Positions 37,308-45,347 of a stretch of 64,000 nucleotides of DNA are shown here, in pieces (the stretch's first letter is position 1; each line of letters begins with the position of its first letter). Below the pieces are notes generated by a model, which was given only the letters and a program-made list of their open reading frames with translations, made no database searches and had not been told where the DNA came from. This DNA is from Candidatus Aenigmatarchaeota archaeon (GTDB taxonomy: Archaea > Aenigmatarchaeota > Aenigmatarchaeia > Aenigmatarchaeales > JACQIB01). The stretch lies in contig JACQIB010000004.1 of assembly GCA_016198755.1 (NCBI GenBank), positions 170,913 to 234,912 of the forward strand, given 5' to 3'. Made by a program: the position numbers and the translations under genes.

Positions 37308-37781
37308 ATGCTTGTTAAAGACCATATGACTAAAAAGGTTATTACAGCAGAACCTGAGGAAAATCTGGGCTCTATTATAAGGAAGTTTGTAAAATATGAT
37401 ATTTCAGGGATTCCTGTTGTTGACGATAAAAAGAAGGTATTGGGAATTGTAACTGAAACAGATGTTGTGAAAGCAATAGACGTTTTCACACCTAAAATAC
37501 ACTTTGATACTGAAACTAGCTTTGCCTTAGTTCTGGCTTTTTTGAAAAAGGGGAAGGGTATGAAACCGTTTAAGGAAGAAGTAAGGAGGGGAGAATCCGT
37601 GAAAGTTAGGGAATTTATGACATCTCCTGTGCGTACTATAGATTCCCACAAAACAGTTCTGGAAGCTGCCCAAATGATGAACAACTATGGAATAAACAGG
37701 ATACCTGTTGTGGAAAGGGAAAAATTGGTTGGTATAATTGCCCGCGCAGATGTTATCAGAGCTTTCGGCAGCGGACAGTAG
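37308..37781 (+). CDS. CBS-domain pair protein
   Basis: Two CBS repeats (VKDHMTKKVITAEPEENL...IPVVDD and VREFMTSPVRTIDSHKTV...IPVVEREKLVGIIARADVIRA). Confidence 0.8.
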   Translation: MLVKDHMTKKVITAEPEENLGSIIRKFVKYDISGIPVVDDKKKVLGIVTETDVVKAIDVFTPKIHFDTETSFALVLAFLKKGKGMKPFKEEVRRGESVKVREFMTSPVRTIDSHKTVLEAAQMMNNYGINRIPVVEREKLVGIIARADVIRAFGSGQ

Positions 37782-37816
37782 ATGAGATTTTTATTCTGGT
37801 AATATAAGAATTTATA

Positions 37817-38380
37817 ATGGATATGAAAGGTTTCTGGAAACTTATTAAGAAAGAGGAAATGAAATATGGTAACCTGCTCCTGCTTTTAGTAAGCCTAATT
37901 GTTGCCTATATAATTCTAACCCCGTCACTTTTCGGCTCTCTGGTTGAAGGAATAAAAGAAACTAGGGAATATGGGCTGTTGGGAGTGTTTATAGCAGGAT
38001 TGTTTTTCTCATATGGATTGACAACGCCTGTTTCTATTGTTGTTTTGTATGCTTTTGGCTCTGTTTTTAACCCGCTTTCCGTAGCAGCCATTGGAGCTGC
38101 AGGCGCTGCCATATCAGACTATATAATTTACTATTTTGTAAAGAGGAGTTTTTCAAAAGAATTTGATAAAGGCTTGAAAAAATTTGGAAAACTATCAAAA
38201 TGGCTCCATTACTTTGCCCCTGTTATAGCAGGATTGATAATAGCCAGTCCCCTGCCGGACGAGCTTGGAGCAGCTTTTTTAGGGATTGTTAAGTTTGAGA
38301 AACGCAGGTTTTTTGTGTTCGCCTATTTTGCAAACTTCTTTGGAATACTTTTGCTGGCTTGGCTGGGAAGTGCTATCTAG
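37817..38380 (+). CDS. Small polytopic membrane protein (DedA/YqaA-like)
   Basis: Four to five TM segments; a Gly-rich re-entrant-like motif. Confidence 0.45.
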   Translation: MDMKGFWKLIKKEEMKYGNLLLLLVSLIVAYIILTPSLFGSLVEGIKETREYGLLGVFIAGLFFSYGLTTPVSIVVLYAFGSVFNPLSVAAIGAAGAAISDYIIYYFVKRSFSKEFDKGLKKFGKLSKWLHYFAPVIAGLIIASPLPDELGAAFLGIVKFEKRRFFVFAYFANFFGILLLAWLGSAI

Positions 38381-38388
38381 AATTAAAA

Positions 38389-38548
38389 TGGGGCCCGGAC
38401 CGAGATTTTCCCGCCCCACCTGAGGGGGTAGGGCTGTAGGGGGAAACTTCCCCCTGAGCTTTGAACTCGGGTCTAGGGCTGTCTGCTCCGCACGCCTTAA
38501 GCGCGCTGGGCCACAGGCCCACATGCTAACCACTACACCATCCGGGCC
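38389..38548 (-). tRNA. tRNA-His(GTG) with a genome-encoded G-1 and two introns (about 30 nt after position 37; about 54 nt in the T-loop); CCA encoded
   Basis: The minus strand reads G(-1) GCCCGGA TG GTGT AGTGGTTA GCAT G TGGGC CTGTGG [30-nt intron] A GCCCT AGAC CCGAG TTCAAAG [54-nt intron] CTCGG TCCGGGC C CCA. G-1:C73 is the hallmark of tRNA-His. Confidence 0.7.
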
Positions 38549-38553
38549 ATGGT

Positions 38554-39129
38554 TCAGAAATATCTAAGCAGAGGAGATTTAAAAGGTTGCGCGGGATGGA
38601 AAAAGTGCTTGGAAACTTCGAAAATGTTGTCTGTTGGAAGAAGTATTTTTCCTATATTGACAGCTTCGACCATTGGAATATCATTTGCTCCATCTCCAAA
38701 AGCCATAGTAATTTTGGCTTCGCAAAAGTCTGAAAAGAAGTGAATCCAGCTGTCTTTTACAGAAACGTTTACCTGAACATCAAAGAGCTTCCCGCTCCTG
38801 AACAAAAGTTTATTGCATGCCAAATAGTCTATTCCTAGCTCTTTGCAAACCAGTTTGGCCTGCAAATCAAATCCTCCTGTTATAACAGCTGTTGCAAAAT
38901 TATTTTTCTTAAACATCTTAACAGCTTCTTTTACTCCTTTTTTCAGTGTATACTTTTCTGATACTCTTAAAATATCCTTATACTCGATTCCCTCAAGGAT
39001 TTCAATTCTCCTTCTTAACCCATCTTCCCAGTTTATAACTCCGCACAGACCAAATTCTGTTATTTTCTTTATTTCCTTTTCTTTTCCTGTAAGTTTAGCA
39101 ATTTCAATTAACATTTCTTCCTCTATCAA
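38554..39129 (-). CDS. HAD-superfamily phosphatase (phosphoserine phosphatase SerB-like); annotated start is TTG
   Basis: Motifs II to IV are present (ITGG; K...GDGAND). The motif I sequence FDLEGTL lies immediately upstream of the first in-frame start codon; see findings. Confidence 0.65.
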   Translation of the reverse strand: MIEEEMLIEIAKLTGKEKEIKKITEFGLCGVINWEDGLRRRIEILEGIEYKDILRVSEKYTLKKGVKEAVKMFKKNNFATAVITGGFDLQAKLVCKELGIDYLACNKLLFRSGKLFDVQVNVSVKDSWIHFFSDFCEAKITMAFGDGANDIPMVEAVNIGKILLPTDNIFEVSKHFFHPAQPFKSPLLRYF

Positions 39130-39244
39130 AGTCCCTTCTAAATCAAAAACAACGAGTCCATTGATTGGCTGTACATCGCACTCAGAAAACTATATTGTAA
39201 CAAGTGCTTTTAAGCCTGTTAGGCAGAACCATTGACCAGTAGAA

Positions 39245-39343
39245 TCAAACTGGCTTTGCAGGGTATATTGCCACGTAAATCGCGCCAATAATTATAAGCG
39301 CAGCTAAAATAAACTGAACAATTCTTTTCAGGTTAATTACCAT
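39245..39343 (-). CDS. Hydrophobic 32-aa peptide MVINLKRIVQFILAALIIIGAIYVAIYPAKPV (single TM), 5 nt downstream of the Cys-rich peptide
   Basis: ATG...TGA. Tightly coupled to the upstream mini-ORF. Confidence 0.25.
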   Translation of the reverse strand: MVINLKRIVQFILAALIIIGAIYVAIYPAKPV

Positions 39344-39348
39344 TCAAA

Positions 39349-39429
39349 TCAACAGCAGCCACAGCCGCCCTTGCCTGAACAGTCCCCGCAACCGCAGGAA
39401 CTACCATGCTTTTTCTTTTCTTTTGCCAT
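39349..39429 (-). CDS. Cys-rich 26-aa peptide MAKEKKKHGSSCGCGDCSGKGGCGCC (metallothionein-like or RiPP-precursor-like); not in the ORF track (<60 aa)
   Basis: ATG start, TGA stop; 7 Cys in the last 15 residues. An AT-rich TATA-like stretch (ctttttatag) lies about 25 nt upstream on the coding strand. Confidence 0.35.
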   Translation of the reverse strand: MAKEKKKHGSSCGCGDCSGKGGCGCC

Positions 39430-39501
39430 TATAAAAATTAGATAATTAGCTATAAAAAGCTATATCAAAAACCTCTTATTTGTGTAAATACAATAATTTG
39501 T

Positions 39502-39957
39502 ATGGCTCTTTCAGCACAAAGGTTGATGCCACCAGAGCCCAGAAGGGTGGCACCTATCACACCTGCAGAGCTGACAGATAGAGAAAGATTTGGCTGGCTT
39601 TACTCACCTCCGCGTGGAAAAACAGTTGGATTTGAGTATATAGAAGGGGATAAGTTTTGTCTTGTAGTTGGTGAATTAAGTTACAGAAAACCGCCAAAAT
39701 ATTCTACAAGAAAACCATATTCTATAGATGTTACATTTGCAAAATACGAAGGTAGGGTACTTGGAGATGTGCTGGACAATACTTCTGCACGCATAGCTCC
39801 GGAAGGGCTTTTGTTCCGTTCGCATACCCCTGTTCATCTGTCCAGAGATACATTTTTGGAAAAGGTGCAGACTGTGAAGGGAATTATCAAAGGGACTAAT
39901 GAACAGATAGATTATTTTGAAGGTATAGTTGAGGGAGAAAGATTTGCAGCAGACTAA
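39502..39957 (+). CDS. Hypothetical protein, member 1 of a tandem three-gene paralog family (151 aa)
   Basis: Shares GK(T/N)VG(F/I)(E/A)Y, CL(V/L)xVG and ID(V/Y)x(F/L)(A/K)(K/F)(Y/A)(E/N)G blocks with 40485-41072. C-terminal DTFLEKV resembles 39992-40471 (ADFLREV). Confidence 0.5.
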   Translation: MALSAQRLMPPEPRRVAPITPAELTDRERFGWLYSPPRGKTVGFEYIEGDKFCLVVGELSYRKPPKYSTRKPYSIDVTFAKYEGRVLGDVLDNTSARIAPEGLLFRSHTPVHLSRDTFLEKVQTVKGIIKGTNEQIDYFEGIVEGERFAAD

Positions 39958-39991
39958 TGGTTTATTAACCTTTTCTATTGAATAGGATTCT

Positions 39992-40471
39992 ATGGGTATG
40001 GGAGGTTGGGGCATTTGGTTTGCCTTAAAAACTGCTGCAGAACAGGAAACAGCTACTAAGGCAAAATATGAAGTGGTGTTCCCTATAGCTGACATTTTAA
40101 GGCCAGCAGAATATGAGAGGTTCATAAATTGGGTAGGTCATAGGGCAGTTGGAGTTGGTTATGTTAATCCAGACCCTACTATGCCGCAGATGCAACTTGC
40201 AGTTGGTAAACTATCTACTATAGCTCCAACGGGAGGAAAACAGGACATTTCACTTAATTTTGATGGGGAAGGAACAGTGCTTTCAGCAGGTAGTATTTTT
40301 CACTCCGGAACAATGGAACTCCCTAAAAACACTCCTGTATATACGGGAAAGGCAGATTTTCTGCGAGAGGTAAGGAAACTGGACCCGCTTGTAAATTCTA
40401 GAAGGGTTGTGAGAGAACCTTATGAAGCGTTTATGAAAAAAGTGGAAGAGAGCAGGTTCCCGTTCCAGTAG
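39992..40471 (+). CDS. Hypothetical protein, member 2 of the tandem paralog family (159 aa)
   Basis: C-terminal similarity to member 1; same strand with a 35-nt spacing. Confidence 0.45.
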   Translation: MGMGGWGIWFALKTAAEQETATKAKYEVVFPIADILRPAEYERFINWVGHRAVGVGYVNPDPTMPQMQLAVGKLSTIAPTGGKQDISLNFDGEGTVLSAGSIFHSGTMELPKNTPVYTGKADFLREVRKLDPLVNSRRVVREPYEAFMKKVEESRFPFQ

Positions 40472-40484
40472 TTTCTGGAAAGTA

Positions 40485-41072
40485 ATGGGTTTTTATCCTT
40501 TCTTATATAATAACTTTCTTATGGGAATTCTTGGTTGGAGGAATGGAACGCGACACGAGCCTAGGACAAAGCCAACCAATGGACAGACAGCAGTCAATTA
40601 TCAGCAAAAACTTTATGTTAGCTCTCTGCTGGATCAAGCAAACCAACCAGCCTATAGGCAGCGGCTTGTTGGGAAAAATGTTGGAATTGCATACGAACAA
40701 CCTTCTGGAACAGAACCCTGTTTACTTTCTGTTGGAACAGTTATGACACCGCCAGAAGGTGTTATGCCTTGGAGACATATAAATAAAGATGGGATAGATT
40801 ATGTTGAACTAAAGTTTGCAAATGGTATTTCTGTAGATAGGAATAGACTGAAAGTTAATGTTACTGCAGTAAAGGCCGATACTGTTGGGGTAAATGCTGA
40901 TACTAGTGCAGAACCGTTCCTGCCAAGTGCTGTTATTTGTACTAGGAGAAAGGAATTCGCAGATTTAGCTGACAGAGTTGCTGGACTTATAATGCGAGAT
41001 ATGACTATGCAAGTTAGAATGGAGGATTATTATACTATACTGAATAAAGCCAATAAAGATCTGGAAATATAA
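40485..41072 (+). CDS. Hypothetical protein, member 3 of the tandem paralog family (195 aa)
   Basis: Motif similarity to member 1; 13-nt spacing from member 2. Confidence 0.5.
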   Translation: MGFYPFLYNNFLMGILGWRNGTRHEPRTKPTNGQTAVNYQQKLYVSSLLDQANQPAYRQRLVGKNVGIAYEQPSGTEPCLLSVGTVMTPPEGVMPWRHINKDGIDYVELKFANGISVDRNRLKVNVTAVKADTVGVNADTSAEPFLPSAVICTRRKEFADLADRVAGLIMRDMTMQVRMEDYYTILNKANKDLEI

Positions 41073-41115
41073 CAATAGAATAGAGTTTAAAAGCAGGCTT
41101 TTAGAATTAGTTTAT

Positions 41116-43710
41116 ATGCCTGAGGTCTGGGAAATAACTGCTGGTGAGGTTTTAAAAGAGTTAAATGGTTCTGAAGCTGGGTTAAGAACAGAAGAGGCGC
41201 AGCGCAGGCTGAAAAAATTTGGGCCAAACACAATAGAAAGAAAGCATGGACATGGCCCGTTAACAATTTTTGCAGAGCAGTTCAAGAGCTTTTTGGTTTT
41301 GCTTTTGGTTTTTGCAGCTGTAATTTCAGTTTTTTTCGGGGAGTTTATTGACTCTGCTGCTATAGCTATAATATTAGTTATAAATGCATTGTTAGGATTC
41401 TGGCAGGAATATAAGTCTGAAAAAGCCATAGAAGCCATTAAGAAAATGGTTGTTGAAAGAGCTATTGTTCTGAGGGATGGGACTAAATTGGAAATTCCAG
41501 CTGAAGAGCTTGTGCTGGGAGATATTGTTTTTATAGAAGCTGGTGAAAGAATACCAGCAGATATAAGGATTTTGCAGAGTTTTGGATTAAGGCTGGATGA
41601 ATCTATACTTACAGGAGAGTCTGTTTCTGTTGGAAAAATTACAGAAAAAGTACAGGGAAAACAACTGGGAGACAGAAAAAATATGCTTTACATGGGAACT
41701 TTGGCTGTTGAAGGTACAGGAAAAGGTGTTGTTGTAAGCACAGGTTCAGGAACAGAAATGGGAAAAATAGCAAAACTTATAGAAGAACCTGAGGAACCTA
41801 CAAAATTCCAGAAAGATATGGATAAGTTCGGGAAGAGAGTAGGCTATATAATAGTGGTTATTGCACTGGCTGTTTTCCTTTTGGATATGCTGCGCGGTGC
41901 TGGTCCAGTTAACTCTGCACTCATTGCAATAACTTTGGCTGTGGCAGCTGTGCCCGAAGGTTTGCCTGCTGTTGTAACAATAACCCTTGCAATAGGAATC
42001 CAAAAAATGGCAAAAAGAAACGCTTTCGTGCGCAGATTATCCTCAGTGGAAAGTTTGGGTATGATAACTGTTATTTGCGCTGACAAGACAGGCACAATGA
42101 CTTCTAACCAAATGACAGTCAGGAAAATATGGGCTAAAGGAAAGGAAATTGATATTACTGGTCTGGGCTATACTCCTGAAGGGAAATTTTTAGACGGGAA
42201 GAAAGAAACAACACTTGGAAAGGAAGAACTTTTGCTTTTGCGCACTGGTATGCTCTGTAATAATGCTGCACTCAGGCAAAATAAAGGCTGGGAAATTATT
42301 GGTGACCCGACTGAAGGGGCATTAATTGTAGCTGCTGAAAAAGCAGGTGTTAATGTGAAAGTGGAGAGAATATATGAAATACCCTTTAGCTCTGAAAGGA
42401 AGATGATGAGTGTTGTTTCTAAAGAAAAAGACGGTTTGTATGTGTATACAAAGGGAGCGCCGGAAATTATTCTTAATCATTGTATAAGAGAAATCGGAGG
42501 GCAGATGACATCAAGTAAAAAATACAATATACAGGAAGAGTTCAGGAAAATGGCTGAATCCGGTTTAAGGGTGCTTGCTCTGGCTTACAAACCTTTTGAT
42601 GGGAATCTGAAACGAGCAGAAGAAGGCTTGGTTTTCATTGGATTAGTAGGTATGATTGATCCTCCAACAGAAGAAACAAAACATTCTGTAGCTGTCTGTA
42701 AGGAAGCTGGTATAAGGCCAATAATGATAACAGGAGATCATTTGCTTACAGCAAAAGCAATATCAAAAGAAGTTGGTATAGAAGGAGAAGCTGTTACAGG
42801 GGAGGATTTGGAAAAGACAGATGAGGAATTGACAAAAACTCTGGATAATATTTCTATATTCGCAAGGGTTTCCCCGCTACAGAAGCTAAAAATTATAGAA
42901 GCTCTGCATAAGCGCGGAGAACTGGTTTCAATGACAGGAGATGGTGTGAATGATGCACCGGCTCTGAAAAAGGCTGATGTTGGAGTTGCTATGGGCAGGA
43001 GAGGAAGCGATGCAGCCAGAGAAGCTTCAGATATAGTGCTTGCTGATGATAATTTTTCAACTATTGTTTATGCTGTGGAAGAGGGGAGGGGAATTTTTGA
43101 CAATATAAAGAAATTTGTACATTATCTTATAGGAGCGAATATTGCAGAAGTTCTGGCTGTCCTTGGTTCCTTAGTATTTTTCCTTCCACTGCCCTTTACT
43201 CCATTGCAGCTTTTATGGATAAATCTTACAACAGATGGTTTGCCTGCATTGGCGCTGGGCTTTGAGAAAAAACAGAAAGAAATAATGAAAGAAAAGCCAA
43301 AAGGAACTGAATCTGGTATATTGAAAGGGAGCTGGAGTTTCCTGTTTGCTGTAGCTGTTGTAGGTGCTGCAGCAGTTCTTTTTAGCCTGTTCCTCACACT
43401 TCCTCAGGGAATTGAAAAAGCCCGCACCGTGGCGTTCACAACAATGACGTTTTTTGAGTTGTTCCTCGTTTTCAGCATACACGCTGGAAAAGATGGGCTG
43501 TTAAAAGCAAACCCATTCTCAAACACTAAGCTTGTGCTGGCTGTATTAACTTCAGTTTTGCTTCAACTCTTAGTTATTTATTTTGTTCCTCTACAGACAC
43601 TTTTCGATACAGTTCCACTCGCTTTAGGCGATTGGCTAACTATTTTGCTCTTGTCTGCGACAGGTCTATTTGTTTCTCCAAAGCTTTTCCTCGAGAAAAA
43701 TCAGGTTTAA
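41116..43710 (+). CDS. P-type ATPase, type IIA (Ca2+/cation-transporting)
   Basis: DKTGT(M)T phosphorylation site; PEGLP in TM4; TGDGVNDAPALKKADVGVAMG hinge; TGES actuator motif. Confidence 0.9.
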   Translation: MPEVWEITAGEVLKELNGSEAGLRTEEAQRRLKKFGPNTIERKHGHGPLTIFAEQFKSFLVLLLVFAAVISVFFGEFIDSAAIAIILVINALLGFWQEYKSEKAIEAIKKMVVERAIVLRDGTKLEIPAEELVLGDIVFIEAGERIPADIRILQSFGLRLDESILTGESVSVGKITEKVQGKQLGDRKNMLYMGTLAVEGTGKGVVVSTGSGTEMGKIAKLIEEPEEPTKFQKDMDKFGKRVGYIIVVIALAVFLLDMLRGAGPVNSALIAITLAVAAVPEGLPAVVTITLAIGIQKMAKRNAFVRRLSSVESLGMITVICADKTGTMTSNQMTVRKIWAKGKEIDITGLGYTPEGKFLDGKKETTLGKEELLLLRTGMLCNNAALRQNKGWEIIGDPTEGALIVAAEKAGVNVKVERIYEIPFSSERKMMSVVSKEKDGLYVYTKGAPEIILNHCIREIGGQMTSSKKYNIQEEFRKMAESGLRVLALAYKPFDGNLKRAEEGLVFIGLVGMIDPPTEETKHSVAVCKEAGIRPIMITGDHLLTAKAISKEVGIEGEAVTGEDLEKTDEELTKTLDNISIFARVSPLQKLKIIEALHKRGELVSMTGDGVNDAPALKKADVGVAMGRRGSDAAREASDIVLADDNFSTIVYAVEEGRGIFDNIKKFVHYLIGANIAEVLAVLGSLVFFLPLPFTPLQLLWINLTTDGLPALALGFEKKQKEIMKEKPKGTESGILKGSWSFLFAVAVVGAAAVLFSLFLTLPQGIEKARTVAFTTMTFFELFLVFSIHAGKDGLLKANPFSNTKLVLAVLTSVLLQLLVIYFVPLQTLFDTVPLALGDWLTILLLSATGLFVSPKLFLEKNQV

Positions 43711-43714
43711 ATAG
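43707..43714 (+). promoter_or_regulatory. TATA-like element (tttaaata) 22 nt upstream of ATG 43736
   Basis: Consistent with a leaderless archaeal transcript. Confidence 0.3.
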
Positions 43715-43735
43715 ATTTCTTTTTACAACCTAATT

Positions 43736-44758
43736 ATGACTTCGATATCAGCTCTGGCTGGCAGTAGGCAAGTAGGTGGGATGCTCGGCAACACTGAAAG
43801 GTTTGTAGTCACGCAAACAGACAGCCAGGAAACCTTTGTAGATAACCATGGTCCATACCAGAAGGATGGGAACGCACTTAAAACAAGGTATTTGGGCAGA
43901 TGCCTTGTAATGGGCACTGGCCAGGGATATCTTATTGAACATGCTACAGATAATTCACACATATTAGAACAGGATACACCAAAAGAGGTTGCAGAAAAAC
44001 TTTTTGAAACGACAAACGGGAGAGAATATGGAACAAAGGGTCTGTCTTTTATAGTTGCCGGGAATGATGGGAAAACCTCAGAAATCTACCATGTACACGC
44101 TTCCCCAAAGAAAAGCAGGAGGGTATCAGGACCAGTTGGTTGGATATTTGACGGGTCTGGGGCAAGGTTAATGAGGCCTGCATTTGAGAGAGATATAAAA
44201 AATGGAGCGCTTAATCTAAATATGGGCACCCTTCAGATGAGCATGGCAGATCTTATCTCATATCAGTGGAATCTTGGGGACAATGCAGCAAATGATATAG
44301 GTGTGAACGATAGGTGGGAAGTTGGATTGGTTACTCCTGATAAAATACGGACTCTTATAAGCCCAACAGTTCCTTTATGGAGCACAGCTCTTGAGGAGTA
44401 TATACAGCTTAATTTAGGTGTGAACGTAACAGATTCGGAAAAGATGGGTCCTTTCTGGGGGGTAATGAACGACCTGCACCATGCGATAGAAATAGGATGC
44501 AGGAGACTGGGTCAGGCAGATTATAGGCTAAATCAAACCTTCGGTAATCAAAAATACAGACCCGCTGGTAATAGGGTAGACGAACTGATTAAAAGCAAGC
44601 TCTCTGAGAGGGATGAAGAACGCAGAAAACTGGGTGTTCTGGTTGATGCATGGTATTCTGGAGAGTTGGAAACTGTTGTAACTGCTCTTGATATGTTTAG
44701 CGATGAAAGGAAAACTATGAGAACGAAGGCAGTGGAAATTGCAAGACAAGCTGCTTAA
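43736..44758 (+). CDS. Proteasome-beta/HslV-like Ntn-hydrolase homolog (Thr2 after Met) with a roughly 150-aa C-terminal extension; paralog of 21750-22832
   Basis: MT-SISALAG; RFVVTQTDSQ; LKTRYLGRCLVMGTGQG; GLSFIVAGNDGKTSEIYHVHASP...VSGPVGWIFDGSGA. This is a strong match to the proteasome beta pattern GLIVAGWD..GPQLY.IDPSG....A.GSGS. Confidence 0.55.
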   Translation: MTSISALAGSRQVGGMLGNTERFVVTQTDSQETFVDNHGPYQKDGNALKTRYLGRCLVMGTGQGYLIEHATDNSHILEQDTPKEVAEKLFETTNGREYGTKGLSFIVAGNDGKTSEIYHVHASPKKSRRVSGPVGWIFDGSGARLMRPAFERDIKNGALNLNMGTLQMSMADLISYQWNLGDNAANDIGVNDRWEVGLVTPDKIRTLISPTVPLWSTALEEYIQLNLGVNVTDSEKMGPFWGVMNDLHHAIEIGCRRLGQADYRLNQTFGNQKYRPAGNRVDELIKSKLSERDEERRKLGVLVDAWYSGELETVVTALDMFSDERKTMRTKAVEIARQAA

Positions 44759-45219
44759 GCCTGTTTAACCTGCTCAGCTAACAAAGGCTTTTTTCCGCCG
44801 AGCAAAACAATTATTTTGTCTGCAAAATCCTTAACTTCACTCTCTCCGGCAGATGTTAGAACTTTCTCACTGTCTTTTGGTATTCCGGCAGAATTTAACA
44901 GGGAAACTGCAGTACCGCTGGCTGCAACAATTTTCCCTGCATCAAAAAAATCCTTTGCCATTTTAACGGCTGCAGGGTTATTTTCCAGTCCTATAAAACC
45001 CGGAGAACAGCCAATAAAAACAACACCATCATACTCGTTTACCCTAACCTCTTCCAGCCTCATGTTAGGTAGATAGCTTTCCCCTTTCAAAGAAACAAGA
45101 GAAGTCTTCTGCGGCCCGCAAACAAGCTGCAGAATACCTGCGGCATCTATAAGCTTGCGCAGCTCAAAGAACTCTGCATCCGGAAACCCGCGCTGGGGGG
45201 TAATTTCTATTATTAGCAT
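44755..45219 (-). CDS. DJ-1/PfpI-family (class I glutamine amidotransferase-like fold) protein
   Basis: 154 aa with a DJ-1-like central beta-sheet pattern (DGVVFIGCSPG...AKDFFDAGKIVAASGTAVSLL). Confidence 0.65.
   Translation of the reverse strand: MLIIEITPQRGFPDAEFFELRKLIDAAGILQLVCGPQKTSLVSLKGESYLPNMRLEEVRVNEYDGVVFIGCSPGFIGLENNPAAVKMAKDFFDAGKIVAASGTAVSLLNSAGIPKDSEKVLTSAGESEVKDFADKIIVLLGGKKPLLAEQVKQA
45127..45187. repeat. Copy 1 of a 61-bp perfect direct repeat (lies inside the 5' end of the DJ-1 gene)
   Basis: ctgcagaatacctgcggcatctataagcttgcgcagctcaaagaactctgcatccggaaac is identical to 48854-48914. Confidence 0.95.
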
Positions 45220-45347
45220 TTACCACATTGGAAAAGAAGGTATAAAAAGGTATAGTTAACACTCATTGCTTTATTTACAATCTACTATATTATGATTGGG
45301 GGGAGAGTGTGAGAACCTTAAATAGTAGCGTCAAAATATTTATAAAT

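Noticed and set aside
38389-38548. GC-rich, highly structured 160-nt island initially suspected to be an SRP RNA or RNase P RNA fragment, or a tRNA pseudogene.
   Set aside because: Exons assemble into a complete tRNA-His including G-1/C73 and CCA once two inserts are removed. It is too short and lacks conserved SRP (GNAR tetraloop/Alu) or RNase P CR-I/CR-V elements.
41116-43710. Whether the P-type ATPase is a heavy-metal (P1B) pump functionally linked to the nearby Cys-rich peptide.
   Set aside because: TM4 carries PEGLP (P2-type), not the CPC/CPH motif of P1B pumps, and there is no N-terminal metal-binding domain. The two are not linked on this evidence.
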